Positions 55,168 through 64,000 of a stretch of DNA of 64,000 nt are shown here, piece by piece. A program made the position numbers and the translations under genes. Location: contig JADLCF010000223.1 in NCBI GenBank assembly GCA_020847315.1, forward strand, positions 11,083 to 75,082, read 5' to 3'. Under the pieces are notes generated by a model. That model had not been told where the DNA came from, ran no database searches, and was given only the letters and a program-made list of their open reading frames with translations. Each line of letters starts with the position of its first letter. The stretch's first letter is position 1. The stretch comes from Bryobacterales bacterium. Its GTDB lineage: Bacteria > Acidobacteriota > Terriglobia > Bryobacterales > Bryobacteraceae.

Positions 55168-57264
55168 ATGCATCGCCGGACCTTCGTTTCGTTGGCTGCT
55201 TTGTCGATGGCCGCACACGCCGCCCCAGTCTGGCCGGATGCCATCCGGCAAAGAATCTTACGGTATATCGAAACCCTACGCCGTCCGGAAGGAGCATACG
55301 GCTGGCGGGGAGACGTCACCGCGCAGGTAAGCCCTACGTTCGGCGTGGTTGGAAGCTACCGCCTTCTGGGTCTACCCGTTCCCGAAGCGCCACGCGTGGC
55401 GGAGTTCGTGCGCACTCACTATCCCGTGGCGGAGCGGCGGCGCACCGAGCGGCCCCTTTGGCGATTGGATTTCGAGCAAATGCAGACCTTGCTCTGGCTC
55501 GATGAGCCGGTCGAAAGCTTCCGCCCTCTCGCGGAGAGTTGGACGAAGCCCGCGGACTTCACGACGAACTATGAACTCGGCGGCAATCCCGTGCTGCAGC
55601 ATCAGGCCATGGCGGTGCGGGTGCGGCATCATCTGGGGCTGTCTCCGGCAGAGGGTGATGGCGCCTGGCGCGATTACTTCCGCGCGCGCCGCCGCTCGAA
55701 CGGCACGTTCAACAATACCCTCGCCTCTGACGGCAGTGACGGGCATGTAATGAACACGTTATGGGGCCTGCTGGCGTTCGAGTGCCTGGGAGTGGCGGCA
55801 GCGCCGGACGCGGATCTGGGCGCATGGGCGCAGGATTGCCAACTCCGCACCGGCGGCTTCACGTATGCGCCAAAGGCCGGCATTGGCGCCGTGGAGGATA
55901 TCGCCTATACCTGGGCCGCGCTGCAGGTGCTGGAGCGGGCGGGCGCCACGGCGCGGGATGCGGCGGGCTGTCACCGCTGGGTGAAATCGCTGCTAACTCC
56001 GGAAGGCGGTTTTCAGGACCGGCCCGGTGGAGAGCCGAATCCGATGGCGACCTACTACGCGCTCGACTGCCTGCGGATGTTGAACCACTCGCCAGGCGCA
56101 TCGGCGAAGCCTGCCGCGCGGGCACGGCGCTTCCCCGTTGAGCCGGGCATGCGTGTGTTCAGCGCGCAGGTACAAGCGCCAGGGTCCGGCAGCCCCCGGG
56201 AGGCGGTACTGCTCGCGAAAGCCCTGGGCATCCATCTGTGGACGGCGAAGAATTCGCCGGAGGGATGGGTGCGGGAGGCACGGAGGATCGCCGCGGAAGA
56301 GAAGGCGCAAGTCGAGTTCCACATCGCGGATGAAGAGTACGGCACTTATGTGGAGTTGCCGGGGCTGGGATGCTATTCGCACCTCGTGGATACGCTGGCG
56401 CCGTATGGGGCCGATACGGGGGTTCCACTTCCAAAGAAAGCATTTCCCTACCCCTGGGAGACATTCCGGGACGGCCGACTCTCGAAACTTAGGCAGGGCG
56501 GGGGCAGGCTGGTTTGGCAATTCAACGAGAATGAGGAGTTAACCAGAATACTGCTCGACGAGGCGGCCGCGAAGGGGACTTACTCCGCCATCGCGGCCTT
56601 TCACTTCGGCAATGAGAATTTTCTGCATTCGCAGCCCTTTCTGCACCGATGGGCCGGTAGGCTGCCGTATGTGGGGCTGCAGGACGCGCACGGAAAGGAA
56701 AGCTGGTGGTGGGGCAAGAACCTCGCAGCCTTTCGAACTTTGTATGTTGCGCGGGACATGGGCTGGGCCGGCTGGCTCGAGGCGCTGGAAACAGGCCGGG
56801 TGATGACCGTCCGGCATGATGAGGTGACGGGCTGGAAGACGCATTACGCGGGAGGCTCGCCGGAATTGCGCGAGTTCGTAAACAGCCGTGAAGCGGAGTG
56901 GCGCTGGTGGGGCAAGGATGGCCGGAACTCGCGGCTGCCCTTGGGGGCGCTCACACTGCTGCGCCCAGGAATGCAGTTCGAGGAAGGAGCCCCATCTAAA
57001 GGCTTCGCGCTGCGCTTGCGCCTGGCTGCGGAGACCACGAACCAGGGTGTTCCGAAGGCAAGCCGCGCCGAGTTGGTCTCGCTTCGCGTGGATGGCCAGA
57101 CGGTGGATGCCCCATTGCGGGAATCGAAGACGGACCGGTACCACCTTGCCTCACTGGAATTGAGTGATACTGCAGGAATCCTTCATCGCGCGGAAGCGGA
57201 CATTAAAGACACAGGCGCCGGGCGAACGGAGACGCTCGCGTGCTCTTGGAGGGTGGGGGCCTGA
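55168..57264 (+). CDS. exported protein with prenyltransferase/squalene-oxidase-like alpha-alpha toroid repeats + unknown C-terminal domain
   Basis: 'MHRRTFVSLAALSMAAHA' is signal-like. There are four repeats of the type 'EGAYGW..', 'NGTFNN..MNTLWGLLAFECLG', 'TGGFTY..IAYTWAALQVLERAG' and 'EGGFQD..ATYYALDCLRML'. I do not recognise the remaining ~350 aa. Confidence 0.5.
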   Translation: MHRRTFVSLAALSMAAHAAPVWPDAIRQRILRYIETLRRPEGAYGWRGDVTAQVSPTFGVVGSYRLLGLPVPEAPRVAEFVRTHYPVAERRRTERPLWRLDFEQMQTLLWLDEPVESFRPLAESWTKPADFTTNYELGGNPVLQHQAMAVRVRHHLGLSPAEGDGAWRDYFRARRRSNGTFNNTLASDGSDGHVMNTLWGLLAFECLGVAAAPDADLGAWAQDCQLRTGGFTYAPKAGIGAVEDIAYTWAALQVLERAGATARDAAGCHRWVKSLLTPEGGFQDRPGGEPNPMATYYALDCLRMLNHSPGASAKPAARARRFPVEPGMRVFSAQVQAPGSGSPREAVLLAKALGIHLWTAKNSPEGWVREARRIAAEEKAQVEFHIADEEYGTYVELPGLGCYSHLVDTLAPYGADTGVPLPKKAFPYPWETFRDGRLSKLRQGGGRLVWQFNENEELTRILLDEAAAKGTYSAIAAFHFGNENFLHSQPFLHRWAGRLPYVGLQDAHGKESWWWGKNLAAFRTLYVARDMGWAGWLEALETGRVMTVRHDEVTGWKTHYAGGSPELREFVNSREAEWRWWGKDGRNSRLPLGALTLLRPGMQFEEGAPSKGFALRLRLAAETTNQGVPKASRAELVSLRVDGQTVDAPLRESKTDRYHLASLELSDTAGILHRAEADIKDTGAGRTETLACSWRVGA

Positions 57265-57328
57265 TTGCGTGGTCGAAATCGAAACGGAGTTGAACACTCC
57301 GCTAATGGCGAAATAAGGAGTGAGCACC

Positions 57329-58507
57329 ATGTTCAATGAAAGTACCTGGAGCCGCCGTGCGTTACTGGCGCTGGCGGCAACCACGGCGGTAGCCGCGGAC
57401 CGAAAGTTACGAGTGGGCGTTGTAGGCGGTGGCTTCGGCACAAGCTTCCAATTTCACGAGCACCCCAACTGCATCGTGGAGGCCGTCAGTGATCTTCGGG
57501 ACGACCGCCGCGCGGATCTCTCCAAGACCTATTCGTGCAGCAAGACCTATCCGTCGCTCAAGGAGTTGCTGACAGATAAGCAGGTAGAAGCGGTGGCGCT
57601 GTTTACGCCAGCACCGGACCACGTCGCCCATGCGCTCTTGTGTCTTCAAGCGGGGAAGCACGTGCTGTCCGCCGTGCCGGCGGCGATGTCGCTCGAAGAT
57701 TGCGCAAAGCTGGTGGAAGCCGTGAAGCGAAGCGGCCTCACCTACATGATGGCCGAGACCAGCTATTACCAGCAGATGACGATTTCGGCGCGGAAGTTTT
57801 ATCGGGAGGGCGCATTCGGCCATCTGTACGCCTGCGAAAGCGAATACCACCACAACGGGCTCGACAGCCTCTATTACACGGCGGACGGAAAGAGGACGTG
57901 GCGTTACGGGCTCCCGCCGATGCTCTATCCCACGCATTGCACGGCGCACCTGTTAGGGGTGACCGGCGAGCGGATCGAACGCGTAACCTGCGTGGGCTGG
58001 GGCGACGGAAACCGGATGCTGAAGGATAACGTCTACGGAAACCCATTCTGGAATGAGACCGCTCTCTTCCAAACAAACCGCGGCACGTCGTTTCGCGTAG
58101 CAGTCTGGTGGAAAGGCGCGCACAACGGCACGGAGCGCGCGCAGTATTACGGAGACAAGATGAGCTTCTTCTTCCCGAACCCAAACGGCCTGGGCGCGAA
58201 GATCGTTCGCCGGAGTGAGCGGAAAGAGAAGGATAGCGGCGGGTTTGACCGGCAGGGTTCCAGCACCGAAGACTACGCCGATCCGAAATGGTGGAGCACC
58301 GCCATGCTGCCCGAGCCGCTCCGCCATTCGAGCGGGCACCAGGGCTCTCACACTTTTATCACTCACGAATTCGTGAGCGCGGTGCTTGAAGGCCGGAAGC
58401 CAACGGTGGATGTGTATGAGGCCGTGGCCTACACGGCGCCTGGAATCGTGGCGCACCAATCCGCCTTGAAGGGCGGCCTGCAGATGAAGGTTCCGTCGTT
58501 CGGGTAA
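57329..58507 (+). CDS. Gfo/Idh/MocA family oxidoreductase, RR-signal
   Basis: AAGGAG lies 8 nt upstream of ATG 57329. 'WSRRALLALAATTAVAA' is signal-like, followed by the Rossmann motif 'RVGVVGGGFG' and 'GKHVLSAVP'. Confidence 0.85.
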   Translation: MFNESTWSRRALLALAATTAVAADRKLRVGVVGGGFGTSFQFHEHPNCIVEAVSDLRDDRRADLSKTYSCSKTYPSLKELLTDKQVEAVALFTPAPDHVAHALLCLQAGKHVLSAVPAAMSLEDCAKLVEAVKRSGLTYMMAETSYYQQMTISARKFYREGAFGHLYACESEYHHNGLDSLYYTADGKRTWRYGLPPMLYPTHCTAHLLGVTGERIERVTCVGWGDGNRMLKDNVYGNPFWNETALFQTNRGTSFRVAVWWKGAHNGTERAQYYGDKMSFFFPNPNGLGAKIVRRSERKEKDSGGFDRQGSSTEDYADPKWWSTAMLPEPLRHSSGHQGSHTFITHEFVSAVLEGRKPTVDVYEAVAYTAPGIVAHQSALKGGLQMKVPSFG

Positions 58508-58575
58508 GCTTGATTGGCTGTGGCGCGCGGGAGGCGACCCGCGCAGCATTCGCCGGTGCGGCCACGGGGCAGCGG

Positions 58576-58620
58576 CAAACAAAATGCGGGGCGGGATTCC
58601 CAGGAGAAATCCCGCCCCGC
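58576..58620 (-). terminator. rho-independent terminator after the second TonB-dependent receptor gene
   Basis: Perfect 13-bp stem gcggggcgggatt (58586-58598) / aatcccgccccgc (58608-58620). It is followed on the minus strand by ATTTTGTTTG. Confidence 0.75.
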
Positions 58621-58646
58621 GTTGGAGCGCATGTAGACGGCGCCGG

Positions 58647-61600
58647 TTAGAAGCTAAGCCGCAAGCCGAAACGGAACTTCCGCTCGTCGCTCGCGCTCGT
58701 GATCGCCATGAAGTTGTTGACGTTGGTGATCGCGCCGCTCGCCGCCAGCGTCATGCTGCTGACGTTCGTCGCGGGGTTGCCAAAGCGCGGTGTATTCGTG
58801 AAGTTGAAAGCTTCCGCCTTGAACTGAAGCATGAAGCGCTCCGTCAGGCGGAAATCTTTGAACAGTGCGAGATCCGCTTTTTGGAAGCCCGGTCCGCGAA
58901 GGGAGTTGCGGCCCATGCTGCCCCAGCGGTACTCATTCGTGGGGCGCTGGAAGTTCGGATCGCGGAAGGATTCAACAGCATAGTACTGCGTGCCCGGACC
59001 GACATCTCCGATCTTGTTGATCGGGCCGATCTGGTACGCGGTTTGCGTGGAGCCCGGCGCGTTCAGCGAGTTTCCGCCTGCGGTCACCGTGATCGGAGTT
59101 CCGGTGTAGGCCGAATAGATGCCGTTGAGACGCCATCCACCGGCGATCACGTCCGCGATGCCATGAAGTTCGAAGGGGCGTCCCTTGCCGAACGGCATGT
59201 CGTAAACCCAGCTCATCACGAACATTTGCGTACGGTCATAGCCCGCCACCGCGCGATTGCGGGACATTTCCGATTCGAGGTTGGTGAGCGGCAGACCGGC
59301 CCAGCCGTCGTCGTCACTCATGTTGATCGCCTTCGAATAGGTGTAGGCGCCCTTCATGAAGAGCCCCTTCGAGAATTCCTTGTTCAGGGCGACCTGCAGG
59401 GAGTGGTAGTTGGAGCTGGCCCAGCCATCCCACATCAGCGTTTCAATACGGCGATCCTGCGTGGCCACTAGCGGGCGTCCTAACGTGCCGGCGCCCAGGG
59501 GAGCCGCATTGATATCTCGATCAAGGAATTGCCGCACTGTCTGGTTGCCGACATAACCGGCCGAGACCAGGAAGTTTGCCGGCAGCTTGCGCTCAAGGGT
59601 GAGGTTCCAGCTCTGGATATAGCCACGGTGGATCTCGCCGCCCCAGGGACTGCGCGGGCCCATGTTGACGGTTGACGGAAGCGCCACGGTGCCGGAAGAA
59701 ATATCCGGGGTGGGAACGTCCGGAATGCCATCCGAGAGGAAGCCGTAGTAGCCATACGAGGTGGGGGCCACCCAGTTCGCGGCGATCGTGGAGGGATAGA
59801 GACCGCGCAAGGGTCTCGATAGCACCATCGGGTTGTAGGTGATGCCGTATCCCGACCGGAGCACGGTGTTCTCGTTCAAGCGCCAGGCGAAGCCAAAACG
59901 CGGTGCGAAAAGCTTCTTCGAGGTCGAAAGCCCATTGCTGCGCGGCACATTGCCCACGCCGCCGATCGTCACAAGGTTCGTAGCTGGATCCCATCGCTCG
60001 AGGCCGCGGCCATCCGCGCGGGTCATCAGCGGATAGTATTCGTAACGCAAACCGAGGTTGAGGGTCAGGTTGCGCGTGGCCTGCCAGCGGTCGCGGAAGT
60101 AGAGCCCGTTCTGCCATTCTCTGGTAGTCATCTGGAAGAACTGGACGGACTTGTTCGCACTGCCAAGAATATCGAGCAAGCCGGCTGCATAGGTATGGAC
60201 CGAGCGCGCCGTCTGGCCCAAGAGCACCGTCGCGTTGCCGGTCGGGCTCAGGCTGCCGCGTGGGTTGGCAATCTCGGGTTGCCAGTGGTTCATCGCGTGG
60301 CGCACTACGTCCACACCGAAGCGGAATTCATGCGCGCCCATGACTTTCGAGAAGTTCGTGGTGAACGTATGGCTGCGGTCCGCGTAAAAGTTGGGGTTCG
60401 AACTGGTGCAATTACCCCACGACGTCAGGCCATTTGCAATGCACGGCTGGCCGGAATAACGCATGTCACCCGCGAACGCCTTCCCACCATTCGTGCCTGG
60501 AATGCCCCAGACTTCGGAGCCCCAGTTCTTGCCGTAATCCGGCCCGGTAACTTCGTTCTTAAATCGTGTATATCCGTAGACACCATCGATAAAGAAGGTC
60601 GGCGAAGCCGCATAGTTGAAGCCGAAAGTGGGGATTCGCACATTGACATTGGCATCCCCCATTTGTCCCAGCGCCGGACCGGTGAGTTCGCCGAGCGCCC
60701 CCGTACCATGTACCGGAGCCTCCATATCGGAGTACTTACCCCACACCATGAGCTTTTCCGTAACGTTGTAATTGCTCTTGATGTCGTACTGGTCGCGCGT
60801 CAGTTTCAGGGTCGCGGAACTGAAGTAGTTGCCGGAGAGGCCAAATGCGTCCTGAGCCGGCTGGTTCGGCATCGGGGCGAGAGCCTGAATCTTCGTCCAG
60901 GTCGGCGAAAAACGCGATTGCGGAATCTTGTTTCCGGTAAATGGGGTCCTTCCGGCGCCAAGCGCGTTACCGGTCCTTGGGTCGTAGATAGCCCCGAGCC
61001 CGATGTACGCCGAAAAATCGCCCGCTCGCATGTCCGCCGGCGGGACACTGAAATTATCGAATTGCCCAGTCCGCTCGGACGTACGCTCGTAGCTAAAGAA
61101 GTAGAAAAGCTTGTTCTTGACGATCGGGCCACCGATCGTGCCACCTGGAATATTGACGATGGATTTCGGCAATCGCGGTTTCACTTGGGATTGCCGGTAA
61201 AAATACGGTCGGGCATAGAGATGCTGATTATCGTGATACCAGTATGCGGACCCATGAAGCTGATTGGTGCCGGATTTCGTCGCGACGGTCACCGCCGCGC
61301 CACCCGCCATGCCCTGCTCCGCATCGAACGAGGAGGTCGAGATGTTCACCGTCTCGATCGATTCCACGGGCGGATTATAGAGCGTGTGATGCGGCAACCA
61401 AATGTAAGTATTGATGGCGCCGTCGACGCGTGTATTGTTGTTGTTGCGGTTCGTGCCGTTGATGTTGGTGGTGAGCGAACGCTGCGGTGAGGCTCCCACG
61501 GAATTCTGCAGAGCCGCCGGAGTTGCGCCGGGCACCAGGTTGATCATGCTCTGATAGTTCCGGTAGGCCGCCAGCGGGAGTTCCACCACGGTTTTGGAGC

Positions 61601-62033
61601 TGATTTCGCTGCTGGTGTCGGAACGGTCAGTCTGCAGGACGGCGGCGCTCGCCGAAACCGTCACCTGATCGGTGACCTGGCCCACTTCGAGTTGCGCGTT
61701 GGCGCGGGTGACGTTGTTGATGGTCACCACGACGCCGCTGCGGGTGAGAGTGCGGAAGCCGGATTGCGTGACGGTCATGTCGTACGTGCCGGCCGGCATG
61801 CTGACCGCGTTGTAACGGCCCTGATCGTCCGCGCGAAATTCACGCGAGAAATTCGTGGCCGTGTTGGTGAAAGAAACCGTTGCTCCCGGGACCACCGCAC
61901 CCGAGGAATCCTCGACAGTGCCGACAATGGAGCCGTAAAGCACCTGAGAATATGCGGGCTGCACTGTCAAGAGTGCTGCAAGCAGGAAAATGAGACCGGC
62001 GAGGCTCCAGTCCAGACACTTGAATCGTTTCAT
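58647..62033 (-). CDS. TonB-dependent receptor with carboxypeptidase-regulatory-like N-terminal domain
   Basis: Signal 'MKRFKCLDWSLAGLIFLLAALLTVQPAYSQ', then 'GSIVGTVEDSSGAVVPGATVSFTNTATN..GRYNAVSMPAGTYDM', and a C-terminal '..FRFGLRLSF'. Confidence 0.9.
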   Translation of the reverse strand: MKRFKCLDWSLAGLIFLLAALLTVQPAYSQVLYGSIVGTVEDSSGAVVPGATVSFTNTATNFSREFRADDQGRYNAVSMPAGTYDMTVTQSGFRTLTRSGVVVTINNVTRANAQLEVGQVTDQVTVSASAAVLQTDRSDTSSEISSKTVVELPLAAYRNYQSMINLVPGATPAALQNSVGASPQRSLTTNINGTNRNNNNTRVDGAINTYIWLPHHTLYNPPVESIETVNISTSSFDAEQGMAGGAAVTVATKSGTNQLHGSAYWYHDNQHLYARPYFYRQSQVKPRLPKSIVNIPGGTIGGPIVKNKLFYFFSYERTSERTGQFDNFSVPPADMRAGDFSAYIGLGAIYDPRTGNALGAGRTPFTGNKIPQSRFSPTWTKIQALAPMPNQPAQDAFGLSGNYFSSATLKLTRDQYDIKSNYNVTEKLMVWGKYSDMEAPVHGTGALGELTGPALGQMGDANVNVRIPTFGFNYAASPTFFIDGVYGYTRFKNEVTGPDYGKNWGSEVWGIPGTNGGKAFAGDMRYSGQPCIANGLTSWGNCTSSNPNFYADRSHTFTTNFSKVMGAHEFRFGVDVVRHAMNHWQPEIANPRGSLSPTGNATVLLGQTARSVHTYAAGLLDILGSANKSVQFFQMTTREWQNGLYFRDRWQATRNLTLNLGLRYEYYPLMTRADGRGLERWDPATNLVTIGGVGNVPRSNGLSTSKKLFAPRFGFAWRLNENTVLRSGYGITYNPMVLSRPLRGLYPSTIAANWVAPTSYGYYGFLSDGIPDVPTPDISSGTVALPSTVNMGPRSPWGGEIHRGYIQSWNLTLERKLPANFLVSAGYVGNQTVRQFLDRDINAAPLGAGTLGRPLVATQDRRIETLMWDGWASSNYHSLQVALNKEFSKGLFMKGAYTYSKAINMSDDDGWAGLPLTNLESEMSRNRAVAGYDRTQMFVMSWVYDMPFGKGRPFELHGIADVIAGGWRLNGIYSAYTGTPITVTAGGNSLNAPGSTQTAYQIGPINKIGDVGPGTQYYAVESFRDPNFQRPTNEYRWGSMGRNSLRGPGFQKADLALFKDFRLTERFMLQFKAEAFNFTNTPRFGNPATNVSSMTLAASGAITNVNNFMAITSASDERKFRFGLRLSF

Positions 62034-62215
62034 AAAACCCCTTCTGCCTGGCGCGAGCGCCAGTCATCATGAATGTTATCGATCGAGGACATCGAGAAAG
62101 TGGAATCATACCACAAGAAATTCAGGCATTCTGAGTCTCCTTCTTCTTCCGGCGACGAAAAACACGTAGGCTCTTCACCGCGAATTCCGGAGGGTGGCAA
62201 GGTAAGCTGGTCCTC

Positions 62216-63328
62216 ATGTCTACTCCATCGTTTGGCAAGGGAGCAACTCTGCCTTCCGAGCACCGGCTCATCCGGGACGAAGCAACCGGCGCGCGCATTC
62301 ACCAGATCACCGCCCACCCCTCCACGAACCACCTGAGCTATTTCCTGCAAAGCTCCTTCACGCCGGATTCGCAGCATCTGATCTTCGTCTCGGACCGCTC
62401 GGGCGATGCCCAGATTTTCGAAGCGGAGTTCCCGGATGGCGCGATCCGTCAACTCACCGGCGGCGCTCCGGTGCATGCCTATTCGCCCACCCTCTCGCCC
62501 AGTGGCGCGCACGTCTTCTTCGTCCGCGGCGGAGGAATTTGGCGCTTAGACCGGGCATCGCTGGCCGAAACGAATGTCGTCGAGTTCGACGGGGCACAGC
62601 TTGGCGAATGTACGCTCGGAGACGGGGGCAGTTGGTTGACCGCCGCCTACAAGCGCGGGAGCGAGCAGGGCATTGTCACCGGAAGGGCCGACGGAACAGG
62701 CTGGCGCGGGATTCCCTTCAACCGGACCGTGATCCACCCCCAGTATCACCCGCTCGAACCGGAGTGGATCGAATTCGCCGGAGACCCCGCCCCGCGCATG
62801 TACCGCGTAAAGCGCGACGGCACAGGCATGGAATGCCTCTATGAAAACCCCTTCGAGGAGTGGATCACGCACGAGACGTTCTTGGGCGCGACCGGCGACC
62901 TGATCTTTGTCCACTGGAAGCACGCGCTTTACCGGATGGATTGGACGACGCGGGAGATCTCACGGATCACAGACTATCCCGTTTGGCATGTCAGCCCCTC
63001 CCGGAGCGGCCAGCGGATCTTGTGCGACACCAACCTGCCCGATGAGGGCATCTTTGAGATCGACGTGGCAAGCGGTGCGCGCCGGCCGCTATGCCGCCCG
63101 GATGCGAGCAACGGCGGCTCCCAGTGGCGGCAGCCCGTCCCCGCGGATTGGAATGCGAAGAAGGAATCCACCCTCAGTTGGCTCGAAGTTCCACTCGACA
63201 CCATCTATGGCCCGCAGTGGACGCACCCGCACCCGTGCTACAGCCCCGATGAACGATACGTGAGCTTTACAAGTGACCGCGACGGCCACGCTCAAGTCTA
63301 CGTAGCGGAAAATACGGTCACCCGGTAG
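62216..63328 (+). CDS. oligogalacturonate-lyase-like (TolB-type beta-propeller) protein, no signal peptide
   Basis: 'HPSTNHLSYFLQSSFTPDSQHLIFVSDRSGDAQIF' and 'CYSPDERYVSFTSDRDGHAQVYV' resemble Ogl-family propeller blades. Confidence 0.55.
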   Translation: MSTPSFGKGATLPSEHRLIRDEATGARIHQITAHPSTNHLSYFLQSSFTPDSQHLIFVSDRSGDAQIFEAEFPDGAIRQLTGGAPVHAYSPTLSPSGAHVFFVRGGGIWRLDRASLAETNVVEFDGAQLGECTLGDGGSWLTAAYKRGSEQGIVTGRADGTGWRGIPFNRTVIHPQYHPLEPEWIEFAGDPAPRMYRVKRDGTGMECLYENPFEEWITHETFLGATGDLIFVHWKHALYRMDWTTREISRITDYPVWHVSPSRSGQRILCDTNLPDEGIFEIDVASGARRPLCRPDASNGGSQWRQPVPADWNAKKESTLSWLEVPLDTIYGPQWTHPHPCYSPDERYVSFTSDRDGHAQVYVAENTVTR

Positions 63329-63999
63329 CGCAGCCTGAATGGCCGGCCCGGCGTGAGCGTGACGCTCTCGAGTCCCGGATAATTCGCGGCCACGTAGCCG
63401 TAGTGGCGCAGGCACCAGCCCACCGGGCCATGCCCGGGGTTCGAAGGAGAATCGTCGATGCGCATGCCCGCTCGCTTTCCGTCGAACGTGGCCTCGAGTT
63501 CGGCCCAGGGGTGCGGAACCATGTCCGTATCCTTCGCCTCGACTCCCGCATCCGTTCGGAGCACGGTATCGGCGCGCGGCGCGAAGCGAACGCCGAATCC
63601 GCCGTAGCCCTTGATCTCTCGTCCCGTGATCCGCACCGGCTCATCCACGGCTTCGAAGCTCAGATCGAAATCCATGGCGCGCCTCCCGTTCTCCTCGGGA
63701 TGGACGGTGATTTCGACAACCTCGCGGACCGCTTTGCGGTCTCCCACGAACCAGCCATTTTCCACGGAGAGCACGGCGCCGCCGCTCGACGCTTCGCGCT
63801 TGATCCACTTCACGAAGCGCTGGTGCATCCCTTCCACGGCCCACACGTCGTAGCTCTTCCCGAGAAACTGAACGTCCGGCCAGGACCAGCAGATGCCTCG
63901 ATGGTGATGATGGTCCTTGGGAAAATCGTCTGTAAGAATCGCGCCGTTCGGCGCATAGACCGGGTGAAGGTAGGACGAGCGCCGGAACTTCTCCTCGAT
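63298..63999 (-). CDS. PmoA-family (DUF6807) protein; 5' end lies outside the window
   Basis: The minus-strand frame is open from nt 63999: 'IEEKFRRSSYLHPVYAPNGAILTDDFPKDHHHHRGICWSW..'. 'DDSPSNPGHGPVGWCLRHYGYVAANYPG' and 'LRYRVTVFS' are typical of this family. It overlaps the convergent Ogl-like gene by 31 nt. Confidence 0.7.
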   Translation of the reverse strand: MEEKFRRSSYLHPVYAPNGAILTDDFPKDHHHHRGICWSWPDVQFLGKSYDVWAVEGMHQRFVKWIKREASSGGAVLSVENGWFVGDRKAVREVVEITVHPEENGRRAMDFDLSFEAVDEPVRITGREIKGYGGFGVRFAPRADTVLRTDAGVEAKDTDMVPHPWAELEATFDGKRAGMRIDDSPSNPGHGPVGWCLRHYGYVAANYPGLESVTLTPGRPFRLRYRVTVFSAT

Positions 64000-64000
64000 C

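Noticed and set aside
60195-61490. 431-aa plus-strand ORF (also 7356..8615, 51294..52286, 53182..54117, 16187..17023 and 5163..6239 on their respective strands)
   Set aside because: All lie antisense to genes with strong family signatures, and none has a recognisable motif or RBS.

Overview
High-G+C bacterial chromosomal segment (well above 60% by eye). I support about 47 protein-coding genes on both strands and saw no rRNA, tRNA or CRISPR array. All family calls come from motif recognition by eye; no searches were run. The gene content suggests Acidobacteriota (Solibacter/Bryobacter-like), which is inference only. It rests on two TonB-dependent receptors with carboxypeptidase-regulatory-like N-termini, a VWFA-type protein, a PSCyt/DUF1549/DUF1553 + DUF1501 pair and many RR-signal exported hydrolases. 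Layout: (i) 1.2-9.8 kb holds a glycan-utilisation-like locus (heparinase II/III-like, ROK regulator, TonB-dependent receptor, RR-signal DapA/NAL-family aldolase). (ii) 10-20 kb holds envelope and exported proteins (VWA, TolB-like propeller, DUF3500, M23 peptidase, sulfatase, beta-helix protein). (iii) 20.2-21.9 kb is a decayed accessory patch: an Rhs/YD-repeat gene fragment abutting an IS66-family relic. (iv) 21.9-24.6 kb holds two translationally coupled glycoside-hydrolase-like genes. (v) 24.8-29.3 kb is an RND efflux pair. (vi) 29.6-34.5 kb is the DUF1553/DUF1501 pair. (vii) 34.7-53 kb is mostly housekeeping: S41 peptidase homologue, TrpB2, ErpA/IscA, an ECF sigma module, bcp, gap, argH-argR, a second peroxiredoxin and DinB. 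(viii) 53-64 kb holds an exported LD-carboxypeptidase, an orphan RES-domain protein, a prenyltransferase-repeat protein, and a second receptor locus (Gfo/Idh/MocA, TonB-dependent receptor, Ogl-like, PmoA-family). I could not support any multi-gene novel system such as defence, secretion or a biosynthetic cluster. The most unusual items are: an S41 peptidase homologue lacking both catalytic-dyad residues; a RES-domain protein with no partner antitoxin; a low-GC non-coding island closed by an orphan minus-strand terminator; a 5 x 19-nt tandem repeat filling the intercistronic gap of the RND operon; and the IS66/Rhs relic.
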